A DNA stretch of 64,000 nucleotides from the sequence record MH051915, one strand, 5' to 3'. Positions 18,617-28,349 of this stretch are shown piece by piece (the first letter of the stretch is position 1; each line of letters opens with the position of its first letter). Origin of the DNA: Enterobacteria phage vB_EcoM_IME339. A model generated the notes under the pieces. That model had not been told where the DNA came from, did no database searches, and worked only from the letters and a program-made list of their open reading frames with translations. The translations under genes and the position numbers were made by a program.

Positions 18617-19626
18617 TGAAAACAGTAATGAAAAGCTATTTTGGTAGTCATCTTTATGGAACTTCTACTCCAGAATCTGATGTAGATTTTAAAGAAATCT
18701 TTGTTCCTCCTGCTCGCGATATTCTTATCGGAAATGTTAAAGAGCATATGAGTAAAAACACTAACAACACATCATCTAAAAACACTAAAGATGATATTGA
18801 CCACGAACTATACAGTCTTAAGTATTTCTTTAAATTAGCAGCAGATGGTGAAACTGTAGCATTGGATATGCTCCACACTCCACCTGAACTTGTAGTTAAA
18901 TCTGATTTGCCTGATGTATGGAAGTTTATTCAAGATAATCGTTCTCGTTTTTATACGACTAACATGAAATCCTATTTAGGGTATGTTCGCAAGCAAGCTT
19001 CTAAATACGGTGTTAAGGGTTCTCGTTTGGCCGCATTACGTGATGTATTGAAAGTAGTTAATCAAATCCCTGAGCAATGGGTTGATTACCAAGAAGACGG
19101 CTCCATTAAGCAGCGTCGCACTAAAGTTGAAGATATTAAGCATCGTCTTCCAGAGAACGAATTCTGTGAATGGGTATTCCATAATCATGAGAAAACAGGT
19201 CCACAAACGTTCTACACTGTGTTGGGTCGTAAATATCAAACAACGCTTTCTCTTATTGAGCTTAAGCAGTCACTGAATAAATTAGATGCTGAATACGGCG
19301 AACGTGCTCGTAAGGCTGAAGCGAATGAGGGCATCGACTGGAAAGCTCTGAGTCATGCTTGTCGTGGTGGACTCCAACTATTGGAAATTTACAAAACTGG
19401 TGACTTAGTCTATCCACTTCAAGACGCTCCATTTATTCTCGACGTGAAGTTGGGTAAACATCCATTTAAAACTGTTCAAGAGTTTTTGGAAGATGTGGTC
19501 GATCAAGTAGAAGCAGCATCCATTGAAGCTTCTAAGAACGGTATGCAGCAAAAAGTAGACATGGGTTTCTGGGATGACTTCCTTGAGAGGGTTTATCTTG
19601 AAAACCATCGAAGTTATTATAAATGA
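18613..19626 (+). CDS. nucleotidyltransferase-fold protein (Pol-beta-like NTase motif), function unknown
   Basis: 337 aa; N-terminal GSHLYGTSTPESDVDF fits minimal NTase G[SG]-x9-13-[DE]x[DE]; ATGA overlap with upstream gene. Confidence 0.6.
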   Translation: MMKTVMKSYFGSHLYGTSTPESDVDFKEIFVPPARDILIGNVKEHMSKNTNNTSSKNTKDDIDHELYSLKYFFKLAADGETVALDMLHTPPELVVKSDLPDVWKFIQDNRSRFYTTNMKSYLGYVRKQASKYGVKGSRLAALRDVLKVVNQIPEQWVDYQEDGSIKQRRTKVEDIKHRLPENEFCEWVFHNHEKTGPQTFYTVLGRKYQTTLSLIELKQSLNKLDAEYGERARKAEANEGIDWKALSHACRGGLQLLEIYKTGDLVYPLQDAPFILDVKLGKHPFKTVQEFLEDVVDQVEAASIEASKNGMQQKVDMGFWDDFLERVYLENHRSYYK

Positions 19627-19651
19627 TAGGGAGCCTTCGGGCTCCCTTTTT
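19627..19651 (+). terminator. intrinsic terminator
   Basis: agggagccttcgggctccc + tttttt. Confidence 0.7.
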
Positions 19652-19669
19652 TATTTCAAAATTTTTTCA

Positions 19670-19708
19670 CAAAACGGTTTACAAGCATAAAGCTTTATGG
19701 TACTATAC
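19670..19708 (+). promoter_or_regulatory. T4-type early promoter in repeated cassette
   Basis: ttttcacaaaacgGTTTACAagcataaagctttaTGgTACTAT. Confidence 0.6.
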
Positions 19709-19740
19709 AACTATCAACTGATACGGATTTGGAGAATAAA
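19695..19740 (+). repeat. conserved promoter-leader cassette (PeSL-like), copy 2
   Basis: tggtactatacaactatcaactgatacggatttggagaataaaATG. Confidence 0.6.
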
Positions 19741-20709
19741 ATGAAAACTGTAACTATCAATAAGGGTATCTACTTCGGTAAAGAAATCTCTGGAACTTTT
19801 GAGCTCTTAGGCGAATGGTTCCCAGATAATGCTCCGGTAGATGCACAAGGAGATGGTAAAGTTTTTGTTGAAATTGACGGTAAACGTCGCGGTGTTTGGG
19901 TTTACAAATCAGATATTTCATATGATGGTGTAAAGGTTGAAGAAGTTAAAGAATCGTATGAAGATATGAAAACCCGCATTAATAAAAGATTTAATGTTAT
20001 GGGAATGATGACGAATGGTATTATTAATGGAAATATTCGTTCATTAATTATCTCTGGCGCAGCAGGTATTGGTAAAACGTATTCTTTAGATAAAGCTTTG
20101 AATAAAGCAAATGATATTGGATACATTGAATATAAAAGCATTAATGGTAAAATCTCTGGTATTGGTCTTTATGAGCAGCTTTGGAATAATCGTGAAGAGA
20201 ATTCTGTCCTTTTGATTGATGATGTGGATGTTTTCTCTGATATGGACATTCTTAATCTTCTAAAAGCCGCTCTGGACACCGGAGAGACCCGTAAAGTCTG
20301 CTGGAGCACTGCGTCTTCTTACTTAGAAGAAAAAGGCATTGAGCGTGAGTTTGAATTTAAAGGAACGATTGTTTTTATCACAAACGTTGACATTGACCGC
20401 GAATTAGACCGTGGTACTAAACTTGCTCCACACTTACAAGCATTAGTGTCCCGCTCGGTTTATTTAGATTTGGGTGTTCACACTAATGAAGAAATTATGG
20501 TCAGGGTTGAAGATGTTATTCTTTCAACTGACATGATGCAAAAGCGCGGTCTTTCTGATGAAGAAACTTATAAAGCATTATCATGGATGAAAGTTAATGT
20601 TAATCGTTTACGCAATGTTTCACTGCGTACTGCTCTTTATCTTGCTGACTTTATTATGACCGATAAAAACGGTTGGGAAGAAATCGCTGAGGTTACTCTT
20701 CTGAAATAA
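19741..20709 (+). CDS. P-loop ATPase (AAA+-like)
   Basis: Walker A SGAAGIGKT, Walker B LLIDDVD, sensor-like FITN; ORF track starts at in-frame TTG 19729. Confidence 0.6.
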   Translation: MKTVTINKGIYFGKEISGTFELLGEWFPDNAPVDAQGDGKVFVEIDGKRRGVWVYKSDISYDGVKVEEVKESYEDMKTRINKRFNVMGMMTNGIINGNIRSLIISGAAGIGKTYSLDKALNKANDIGYIEYKSINGKISGIGLYEQLWNNREENSVLLIDDVDVFSDMDILNLLKAALDTGETRKVCWSTASSYLEEKGIEREFEFKGTIVFITNVDIDRELDRGTKLAPHLQALVSRSVYLDLGVHTNEEIMVRVEDVILSTDMMQKRGLSDEETYKALSWMKVNVNRLRNVSLRTALYLADFIMTDKNGWEEIAEVTLLK

Positions 20710-20810
20710 TTCATAAGAGGACTTCTATGACAAAAAGGCAGTTCAGAAATAGATTATATGGACTGCCATTAAAAAGATGACTAGAATTAAACTGGTGAAT
20801 GGAGGTAGTG

Positions 20811-21113
20811 ATGTTATACTCAAAGGCTCGTGAAATTTACGAAACTAAAATTAAAGAAGCAGTATTTCAGTTCGCAACGACAATGCGATGGACAAATGAC
20901 TGGGAGTATTCAAAAAATCATAAGAAGCCCATGGTGACAAGAAAGGCTCATATGTTAGTGTTAATAGACCGTGAGCAGATTAAAGCCCGAGAAGCCCTCC
21001 AGAATCATAAAAAGGCTGCCTTTGAATGGTTTATGGATAACACTGCTCCTGAGACCAAGAAAGCGGTAAGTGCATGGTTCAGTGGAAAAAATTGTGAAAG
21101 AAGTTTCTTTTAG
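20811..21113 (+). CDS. hypothetical protein
   Basis: ATG 20811 with ggaggtagtgATG RBS (ORF track 20799). Confidence 0.5.
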   Translation: MLYSKAREIYETKIKEAVFQFATTMRWTNDWEYSKNHKKPMVTRKAHMLVLIDREQIKAREALQNHKKAAFEWFMDNTAPETKKAVSAWFSGKNCERSFF

Positions 21114-21147
21114 TGGTTTACAAGACTGTTCCTCTGTGGTACTATAC
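21114..21147 (+). promoter_or_regulatory. T4-type early promoter in repeated cassette
   Basis: gGTTTACAagactgttcctctgTGgTACTAT; overlaps 3' end of upstream ORF. Confidence 0.55.
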
Positions 21148-21173
21148 AACTATCAACTACGGAGGAACACAAA
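21135..21173 (+). repeat. conserved promoter-leader cassette (PeSL-like), copy 3
   Basis: tggtactatacaactatcaactacggaggaacacaaaATG. Confidence 0.55.
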
Positions 21174-21701
21174 ATGAACGCTAAAGATATTTTCAACTTG
21201 GTAAATTACAACGATGGTAAATTTAAATCTGAAGCGCAAAGCAAGTTCTTTAACGACATCTCAATCGGAGGTGAAATCACTGTTGATGGAGGACAAATTT
21301 ACAAATCCCGTTGGAATTGGATCGTTATTATTGATGAGATCGGTATTGTAGAAATTTACAAAAATACGAATAAAAATCGTACATTGCACTGGTCTCGTGA
21401 TACTAACGAACAGTACAAAAAGGATAAAGCATCTAAATTATCTCGTGTAACTCAAGAAGATATTGAGTTCATCAAGAAAGATATTTTAATGTATGATAAT
21501 TTAATTGCTGAAGAGCAAGCTGTTATTGATAAATTTGACGAGATTAAAGCTTCTCGTGAAATTCCTGATTTTATGAAAGAATCGGTAAATGAACGATACA
21601 CTCTCATTTCAGAGCGTATTGAAACTTACAAAAAGCAAAGAGCTGAACGCCAAAATACTCTTCGGAAGTTTGAAGAACGGTTAAAGACGGTACTCGCATA
21701 A
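21174..21701 (+). CDS. hypothetical protein
   Basis: 175 aa ORF following cassette. Confidence 0.55.
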   Translation: MNAKDIFNLVNYNDGKFKSEAQSKFFNDISIGGEITVDGGQIYKSRWNWIVIIDEIGIVEIYKNTNKNRTLHWSRDTNEQYKKDKASKLSRVTQEDIEFIKKDILMYDNLIAEEQAVIDKFDEIKASREIPDFMKESVNERYTLISERIETYKKQRAERQNTLRKFEERLKTVLA

Positions 21702-21756
21702 CCGCTTTATACCAAGGATGGTATAATGGTTCTAAGCCCTTTTAATTGAGATTATT

Positions 21757-22164
21757 ATGAAACAGTTGATAATTAAAAGATTGAATTTATTGATATGTTG
21801 TTTATGTGTAGTAGTTGCATATGGTTATTACGCAATTAATGATTATATGCATTATAAAGATTATGATGTTACTGTAGTTAATACCATTACAGGAACACAA
21901 GGAAAAGGGTCTAGTTTATCGTTTATTGCCGTATATGAACTCAAAGATGGTTATAGATTTGGTGAATATATTTCCCCAGAGATGTATTCTTCAATAGAAA
22001 AAGGTGATAATATTACTGTAAGTTTACGTCCTTTCGACGTAAAACAGACATGGTTTGATAATATTGTTTGGTTCTTTGGAATGGTATTAGTTCAATCTGT
22101 GTGTGGTGCTTATATAGTCTGTTCCATCTTATTCTGTATATTTAGTAAAATTGAAATTGAGTGA
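21757..22164 (+). CDS. membrane protein
   Basis: 135 aa with N- and C-terminal hydrophobic helices. Confidence 0.5.
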   Translation: MKQLIIKRLNLLICCLCVVVAYGYYAINDYMHYKDYDVTVVNTITGTQGKGSSLSFIAVYELKDGYRFGEYISPEMYSSIEKGDNITVSLRPFDVKQTWFDNIVWFFGMVLVQSVCGAYIVCSILFCIFSKIEIE

Positions 22165-22229
22165 GGAAAATATGTCAGTAGTAATTAATAATGTCAATGC
22201 AGTAATTAAATCTTTAGTTAATAAAAAAA

Positions 22230-23063
22230 ATGATGAATGAATGGACTGTATTTCGTCGTGGAGAGCCAGATAAATTTTTTCATAGATTTAACCCAACTTT
22301 GGATTTGAATGTTATCGACAGAGATGTTCATGCTGAAATTTTAGATAAGTTTAAAGTTGATATTGGATTTGGATTAGAAAAACATTTACAGCGAACAAAT
22401 GGATCTGGAATGAGTTTATCTAATCGCATTATGAAAGCCCTTAATAAAATTGGAGCGTTGTCTCGTATTAACGCGAGTGAAATTCTTCGTAATTATAATA
22501 AAGGATATGACCTTTATGGTCGACTAATGCCGAAGTTATCATTTGACCAAATGATTGCAGATTTGTGGGAAAATCAAAGACGATTATTAGCATTAGGCGC
22601 TCGATTAGCTAAAGGTCTAGATAAACAAATGATTTTTAAGACCAATAATACAGAAGACCTTAAATGCTTTAAATTTAGTATTCGTGGAGATGATTATTAC
22701 ATCAGAGCTCACTCTACAGATTATGTTAATATGGGTCATCATCTCTGTTTAGCTTTTGAAGTTTTAAAAGAAGCTGGAACATTAGAATATTCATCTGGGG
22801 CAAAATGTCCTATTGGTTCAAGTTGTATTTTAATTTATCGCCCGGATGAATCCAGTTCAACTACATTGCCTACGAAACCTGTACCAGTTCGTAGTAACGA
22901 AAAACATTCTGAACAAATTGATTATTTTAATAAACAGATTGAAGAGCTGAATATTTCTATTCAACAATATGACGATGAAATTTTCAGACTATCTGGATTG
23001 AGTAGTAAAGCTAAATCTGAGCGTGAAAAGTTAATTAAAATCGTTGATTTACTTAAATCTTAA
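22230..23063 (+). CDS. coiled-coil-tailed protein, tandem paralog family member 1
   Basis: 277 aa; internal LWENQRRLLALGARLAKGL box and C-terminal coiled coil. Confidence 0.55.
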   Translation: MMNEWTVFRRGEPDKFFHRFNPTLDLNVIDRDVHAEILDKFKVDIGFGLEKHLQRTNGSGMSLSNRIMKALNKIGALSRINASEILRNYNKGYDLYGRLMPKLSFDQMIADLWENQRRLLALGARLAKGLDKQMIFKTNNTEDLKCFKFSIRGDDYYIRAHSTDYVNMGHHLCLAFEVLKEAGTLEYSSGAKCPIGSSCILIYRPDESSSTTLPTKPVPVRSNEKHSEQIDYFNKQIEELNISIQQYDDEIFRLSGLSSKAKSEREKLIKIVDLLKS

Positions 23064-23071
23064 GGAATACC

Positions 23072-24100
23072 ATGAAAACTCGTTCTCAAATTGAAGATAT
23101 GGTTCGTAATGCCAGCTATACTCGTGATGTTATGACATTTTTGTGTGAAAATAATTTAGACCCTGATAAAGTTAATCATGTTATTCATCACTTTAAGTAT
23201 ACAAATAGCAGTGAATGGATACGTAATTTTAGTAAAGCAGGGTATATTACACAAATGACGGCTCGTGAGCAGCTCACAGATTTCTGTAAAACTATTGATT
23301 ATAAAAATCCTCTATTTGTTCAAGGCGTTGGTCAAAGTAAGGTCGATTTATCATCTGGATTTTTCAATCCAAATCATTATCGTATTGAATGGAGATTTAT
23401 TGCTCTGTTCCGTAGACAATTAAAGCAAATTTTATCAACTGCGAGTCGATTGAAAGGTTCTGATATTAACTTAAAGAACCTGAAATTTGATGGTTATACT
23501 CTTCAGATGGAAGTAAGACCATTAAAAGAAAATAACAGAACTGCACGAATTAGCTTTAAACCTAATACAAAAAATTCTCTTTCAATTTGCGAATGCCTTA
23601 AATCGCAGTTGACAGAAGCATTTAAGTATATGGATGTTGTTGCTGCAGTTCATTCTAAGATTTTACCTCGTTTTGAGCGAAATTGGGAACATACAACAAC
23701 GTATGAACTTGATATGATCGTTTCATTTAAATATGAATTTTTGAGAAAGGACGAAGTTACACAAGAGAAAAAGCAAGAAGTGCAAGATAACTTAAATTTA
23801 AATTTATCCAATTACTCATCAAACGATCCTAAATGTTGGATGTACAGTTCAAGTAGTACAGATGCATGGAAACTTAATAAAGTGAGTTTTCTTCCTACTG
23901 AAAATTCAAATTTTAAACCTGTAGAAAAATGGCACGCCGATGCGATTGAGAAGTCTCTTAAAGCAGTAGATGATGAACTTGTTAAAGCAACTAATGAAAT
24001 GTTAGAAGCTGAAAAGGTGTTAGAACAAGCACAATCAAGAGTTCAAAATCTGACAAAGCAACGTTCTAAACTGAACAATGCACTAAATGCACTGAACTAG
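23072..24100 (+). CDS. coiled-coil-tailed protein, tandem paralog family member 2
   Basis: 342 aa; MKTR N-terminus; box WRFIALFRRQLKQILSTASRLKG; C-terminal coiled coil. Confidence 0.6.
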   Translation: MKTRSQIEDMVRNASYTRDVMTFLCENNLDPDKVNHVIHHFKYTNSSEWIRNFSKAGYITQMTAREQLTDFCKTIDYKNPLFVQGVGQSKVDLSSGFFNPNHYRIEWRFIALFRRQLKQILSTASRLKGSDINLKNLKFDGYTLQMEVRPLKENNRTARISFKPNTKNSLSICECLKSQLTEAFKYMDVVAAVHSKILPRFERNWEHTTTYELDMIVSFKYEFLRKDEVTQEKKQEVQDNLNLNLSNYSSNDPKCWMYSSSSTDAWKLNKVSFLPTENSNFKPVEKWHADAIEKSLKAVDDELVKATNEMLEAEKVLEQAQSRVQNLTKQRSKLNNALNALN

Positions 24101-24131
24101 TTTACTTTGCCACAAGGATGTGGTATAATGT
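24098..24131 (+). promoter_or_regulatory. T4-type early promoter
   Basis: taGTTTACtttgccacaaggatgtggTATAAT. Confidence 0.55.
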
Positions 24132-24157
24132 TCTTACTTTCTACTGAGGAGATTATT

Positions 24158-25159
24158 ATGACTCGTAACGAATATATCAAATCATTCAATAGCGTTATTG
24201 ATGATAAAGTTAAACCCATGTCTAGTCAGAATGCTGTTCTTTCTATTATCAATCAATGGCTCAGCAGTATTGATGCAAGTATTGTTTCTTCCAGTAAATT
24301 TATTCATGAAGTTCGTGAAATTTCTAGCCGCGTAGATAAAGATGATATTAAGATAACCTTTAAAGGGTCTCGTCTTCTTTCATATTTGGTTAATCGGGAT
24401 ATTCTTGGTAATTTTGGGAAAGAAATTAAACGAACTAAAGGTGTAATAGGATACAATTGGTTCGGTGATGTTAATTCTTATCATCTTAATATTAAAGAAG
24501 ACCCTAAGAATATTTTTACTCGTCGTTGGATTAGTAATTTCAGACTTTTCAAGAAGCAACTTTTAAAATCAGCTTCTAAATTATGTTATGGTGATTATCG
24601 TCAAATTCATCCTTTGGCTTCTGATATGATTATCGTAAAAGAATATGAGCTTGATAAAAATAAAGTAGCTATTTTTGTGAATTATGAATTTTTTACACCA
24701 GAAGCTAACCAAAAGAATATTAATAAATTTTTCTCAATTGCTAGCACTATAACTCATCAATTAGAAACGGCTTTGGATTGTATGGAAACTGTAAAAAGTA
24801 TTCATACATATCCTTTCAAAAATATGGGTGGTTGGGAAGGATATAAAATTGTAATTAGTCTTCGTGAAGTGAAATGTGCGTACTCACCGACTGATAAAGA
24901 AATTTACCAACAAAAATGTGAAGAAATTGTGAATACTCCTAAAGAAGAAACTACCCTTGAGGAACTAATGGAATGTCTTGACGATTCACCTGAACCGGTA
25001 GAAATTCGTCCAGAAGTTATTGCACTAGAAAAAGCTTATAAAGAAGTTCTAGAAATTTCTAATAAAGCGCAGAAAGAATATGAGCAGGCTAAAAGGATTT
25101 GGGAAGAATCTGTTAATCGCCTGGATCGTCTTGAACAAGCTTTACAGTTAATTAAGTAA
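24158..25159 (+). CDS. coiled-coil-tailed protein, tandem paralog family member 3
   Basis: ATG 24158 downstream of promoter (ORF track 24107); box WISNFRLFKKQLLKSASKLCYG; C-terminal coiled coil. Confidence 0.6.
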   Translation: MTRNEYIKSFNSVIDDKVKPMSSQNAVLSIINQWLSSIDASIVSSSKFIHEVREISSRVDKDDIKITFKGSRLLSYLVNRDILGNFGKEIKRTKGVIGYNWFGDVNSYHLNIKEDPKNIFTRRWISNFRLFKKQLLKSASKLCYGDYRQIHPLASDMIIVKEYELDKNKVAIFVNYEFFTPEANQKNINKFFSIASTITHQLETALDCMETVKSIHTYPFKNMGGWEGYKIVISLREVKCAYSPTDKEIYQQKCEEIVNTPKEETTLEELMECLDDSPEPVEIRPEVIALEKAYKEVLEISNKAQKEYEQAKRIWEESVNRLDRLEQALQLIK

Positions 25160-25211
25160 TTTAAAGCCAAGGATGGCTCGGAGTATAAATCATTAACCAA
25201 GTGAGAAGAAC

Positions 25212-26141
25212 ATGAAAACTCGTAAACATTATATTGATTATTTTGACAGTCTTATTACTAAACACCGTAATTATCAGATCGGACACAGAGCAGTAATCAA
25301 TAATATTCTTCGTGATTTCCTTCAATATGTTGGCCAGGAAAATCATATCTGTAAAGATACTCAAAACGCTTATTCTCATTCGTTAGGCAATTTGCTTGAA
25401 TGGTTTAAACGTTCTCGTATGTTATCTTCTACTGTAGCTCGCGATAACATTAAAAACTTTATGAAGCCAAGCTTCATTAAATCTGCGACATCTATAACCG
25501 ATTTGGTTGAATTTACTATTGTTAACGATGTTAAAAAGACCCATTTAGCCGATTGGTTATCTACCATTCCTGAAACTAAATTTGCTGATAAATTTGCTTG
25601 TCAGTTCAATGACCAAGTGAATATGCTTTTTAAGCATGCTCGCAAACTATTTACCGCAGGCGATGACCGTACAAATACAGTTCATGTTAAGGATTGGGTT
25701 ATTGCTGATGAAGTAACACACAAGCCAGGTGGTTCATCAGTGGTAATTAATATCCAAGTTCCTTATTATTACTCACGTAATCTTGGCACCATGAACTCTA
25801 AAGAAATTAATAAGCACAACAAAACTATTCGTTCGTTGTCTTATAAACTCCGCATGATGTTAAAAATCATGGACGTAGTAGAAATGTATGACGAAATCGA
25901 AGATAATGGTTCAATGTTATACAGTTCACGTATTCTAATTAAACTGAAGAACCCTAATACATATAAGACAGTTGTAAAAGAGCCTAAAGTAGAAAAAATT
26001 GATAACTTGAGCGAAGAACGTGAATATCTCAATGCTCGTTTGATTGAAGTTGAAGCCCAGATTGCCGAACACACCAAATTGTTAAAAGCTCTTAATGCAA
26101 AAGCAAATGGTTTACGTAATGCTATTGAGGTATTGAAATGA
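25212..26141 (+). CDS. coiled-coil-tailed protein, tandem paralog family member 4
   Basis: 309 aa; MKTR N-terminus; C-terminal coiled coil [37 protein letters not shown]. Confidence 0.6.
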   Translation: MKTRKHYIDYFDSLITKHRNYQIGHRAVINNILRDFLQYVGQENHICKDTQNAYSHSLGNLLEWFKRSRMLSSTVARDNIKNFMKPSFIKSATSITDLVEFTIVNDVKKTHLADWLSTIPETKFADKFACQFNDQVNMLFKHARKLFTAGDDRTNTVHVKDWVIADEVTHKPGGSSVVINIQVPYYYSRNLGTMNSKEINKHNKTIRSLSYKLRMMLKIMDVVEMYDEIEDNGSMLYSSRILIKLKNPNTYKTVVKEPKVEKIDNLSEEREYLNARLIEVEAQIAEHTKLLKALNAKANGLRNAIEVLK

Positions 26142-26506
26142 AAAAGCGTCTATTAGAAGATATTGCCGAAGCTTCAGATTTTCCTGAATGGACTCCATGC
26201 GCTGGGTTTGATAAAGGACTGTTAGTTACTGACGATTTAGATTTTAAACCTCCAGCCTGGGATGCTATTATGGCTATGGTTGAACGTCGCGAAAGGGCTT
26301 CTAAAAACGTTCCTAATTGTCCTGAATGCGGTACTGAACAGGTTCAATTGATTAACTGGCGTAAACCGGAACTTGAATATAAATGCCGTCATTGTAAACA
26401 CAAATTTAGCAAGCATGCTCCGGAAATGGTTAAATTACCTGACTCTACTGAGTTCTTTAAAGAACTTGCGAGTGTTCAACCAATGCCTAATAATATTTTG
26501 GATTAA
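26138..26506 (+). CDS. zinc-ribbon protein
   Basis: 122 aa with CPECG...CRHCKHKF pattern. Confidence 0.5.
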
Positions 26507-26507
26507 A

Positions 26508-26750
26508 ATGACCAAGCGTAAAGAATATATGGAGACTGCTGAAAAAGCAGTCCGTGAATTAGCAATAGCGTATTATAATGAACATGGTAAATTTCCTGAT
26601 AGATACAGCGTGCTTAAATCTGCTTTAACTCGTTCATATAAAAATATGCTATCAGAAGTAAGTGATATTATATACAAACATAAAGAACAAACGGGCCAAA
26701 GTCTTGATTACGACGAGACTTTTAAACAAGTACTAGGAATTAAGGAATAA
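26508..26750 (+). CDS. hypothetical protein
   Basis: ATG 26508 (ORF track 26373 overlaps upstream gene). Confidence 0.45.
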
Positions 26751-26751
26751 T

Positions 26752-27015
26752 ATGTTTAAAGTATATGGTTATGATAGCAACATCCATAAATGTGTGTATT
26801 GCGATAATGCAAAACGTCTTTTGACCGTGAAGAAACAGCCGTTTGAATTTATCAACATTATGCCGGAAAAAGGTGTTTTTGATGATGAGAAAATCGCTGA
26901 GCTTCTGACGAAACTGGGTCGTGATACTCAAATTGGACTGACGATGCCACAAGTATTTGCTCCTGATGGAAGTCATATTGGTGGATTTGACCAATTGCGG
27001 GAATACTTTAAATGA
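26752..27015 (+). CDS. nrdC: glutaredoxin/thioredoxin NrdC
   Basis: 87 aa with VYCDNAKRLL active-site CxxC-type motif (CVYC); matches remembered T4 NrdC. Confidence 0.85.
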   Translation: MFKVYGYDSNIHKCVYCDNAKRLLTVKKQPFEFINIMPEKGVFDDEKIAELLTKLGRDTQIGLTMPQVFAPDGSHIGGFDQLREYFK

Positions 27016-27227
27016 TGCTCGAAGGAACTGATTATATCCATGACTACCGCGGAAGCGCGGTATATGTAGGTGATGAGGTTGCAGTTTACTATGGGTATGG
27101 AACTTTGATGACAGCCAAGGTTATTCAAATTAAAAATAATCGTGCTAAACTCGAAGTTTATTATTCTAACGGTGAAAAGTCTATTTCTAAATGGAAATAT
27201 GGCGATTGTATGGTCAAACTGGGGTAA
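27012..27227 (+). CDS. hypothetical protein
   Basis: 71 aa ORF, ATGA overlap with nrdC. Confidence 0.45.
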   Translation: MMLEGTDYIHDYRGSAVYVGDEVAVYYGYGTLMTAKVIQIKNNRAKLEVYYSNGEKSISKWKYGDCMVKLG

Positions 27228-27229
27228 AT

Positions 27230-27400
27230 ATGATTTACGATATTAATGTATCAAGAACTCCGTCAATGGTTACTATTCCTGCTGAAGAATTAGATCGTCT
27301 TCAGAAAATTGAAGAACTTCTTTGGGAAATTGAATCTGATTTGCCATCAGGATTAGAATCCTGGATTGATTATGAAGAACTTAATAAATTGCGAAATTAA
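27230..27400 (+). CDS. small acidic hypothetical protein
   Basis: ATG 27230 (ORF track 27191). Confidence 0.4.
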   Translation: MIYDINVSRTPSMVTIPAEELDRLQKIEELLWEIESDLPSGLESWIDYEELNKLRN

Positions 27401-27410
27401 TTGGTGAAAA

Positions 27411-27731
27411 ATGAATATTGAAAATAAATTAGATGTTGATGCAGTTCTGAGTGAAATCATCGAAGACCATGATGCATTTTCAGAAAATTATGATTTCGAT
27501 TTTTCGGATTATCTTAAACCTATCGAAATAGAAGACTGGGTGCAAGATGGTAAATGCCAATATCGCCAGTGTGTTTATTTTAGTCCAAAACACAATGTAC
27601 ATGTTTCCGTAAATGAAACTCGCTCAGGTTCTTATCATTCTGACTGGTATTATGCAGTTCCGACTGTTGAACTAGTCGAGCCCCGTGAACGTGTAGTAAC
27701 TCAGACAGTACGAGAATGGATTACGCTATAA
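27411..27731 (+). CDS. hypothetical protein
   Basis: 106 aa ORF. Confidence 0.5.
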   Translation: MNIENKLDVDAVLSEIIEDHDAFSENYDFDFSDYLKPIEIEDWVQDGKCQYRQCVYFSPKHNVHVSVNETRSGSYHSDWYYAVPTVELVEPRERVVTQTVREWITL

Positions 27732-27854
27732 AACCTTGGTGGGCGGCTAGATGGGAAACTGTAGAGCCAGAGCCGGAAGAACCGGTTTACACTGATGAAG
27801 AAACAGTATATAATGAACCGACGATAAATGACATAATTGATATGGAGATGGGAC

Positions 27855-28301
27855 ATGATTACAGTAGATAAGTGGTTTAGAATTAATCGTGCTGATAAAG
27901 GGTTGTGTAATTACTGGCCTGAACTTAGTGCAGGTACTGTCTTTAAAGTTCGTGAACTTGCAAAAGAATGTGAAGATGACATAGAACCTGATACTGGAAT
28001 TATTGAAATTGAACTTTCTGATGGAAAGATTATTAACATCTATGATAAGCCAATTACGTATTGGTGCTTGTGGAATACTGAATCCGCAGAAAATGGCGAA
28101 ATTGAAGAAGTTGTAGAACGAATTGATCAAGTTATTCGGAAGCCTGAAGCCGCTTTTCAAGGTGAACGTATTTCATACGCATTATCTAAATTAGCTGCAC
28201 AAGAAAATAACGATGGCTATGAAGGAAATTTAATGCAAGCCGCGGCAGAATATATTGAATGGCTTGAAACCCAAATTTCTTTTTCTGACCGAGCGTTTTA
28301 A
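27855..28301 (+). CDS. hypothetical acidic protein
   Basis: ATG 27855 (ORF track 27837). Confidence 0.5.
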   Translation: MITVDKWFRINRADKGLCNYWPELSAGTVFKVRELAKECEDDIEPDTGIIEIELSDGKIINIYDKPITYWCLWNTESAENGEIEEVVERIDQVIRKPEAAFQGERISYALSKLAAQENNDGYEGNLMQAAAEYIEWLETQISFSDRAF

Positions 28302-28349
28302 TACTTGAAATAATAAATACCCTTATCTATTTAAGGTAAGGGTTTTATT

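Noticed and set aside
27716-27872. Small overlapping ORF between 27411 and 27855 genes
   Set aside because: About 51 codons and my frame bookkeeping was inconsistent by one nucleotide; not reliable enough to call
27747-28160. 137 aa minus-strand ORF
   Set aside because: Antisense to + strand ORFs upstream of gene 49; low-complexity Phe/Asn-rich translation typical of AT-rich antisense frames
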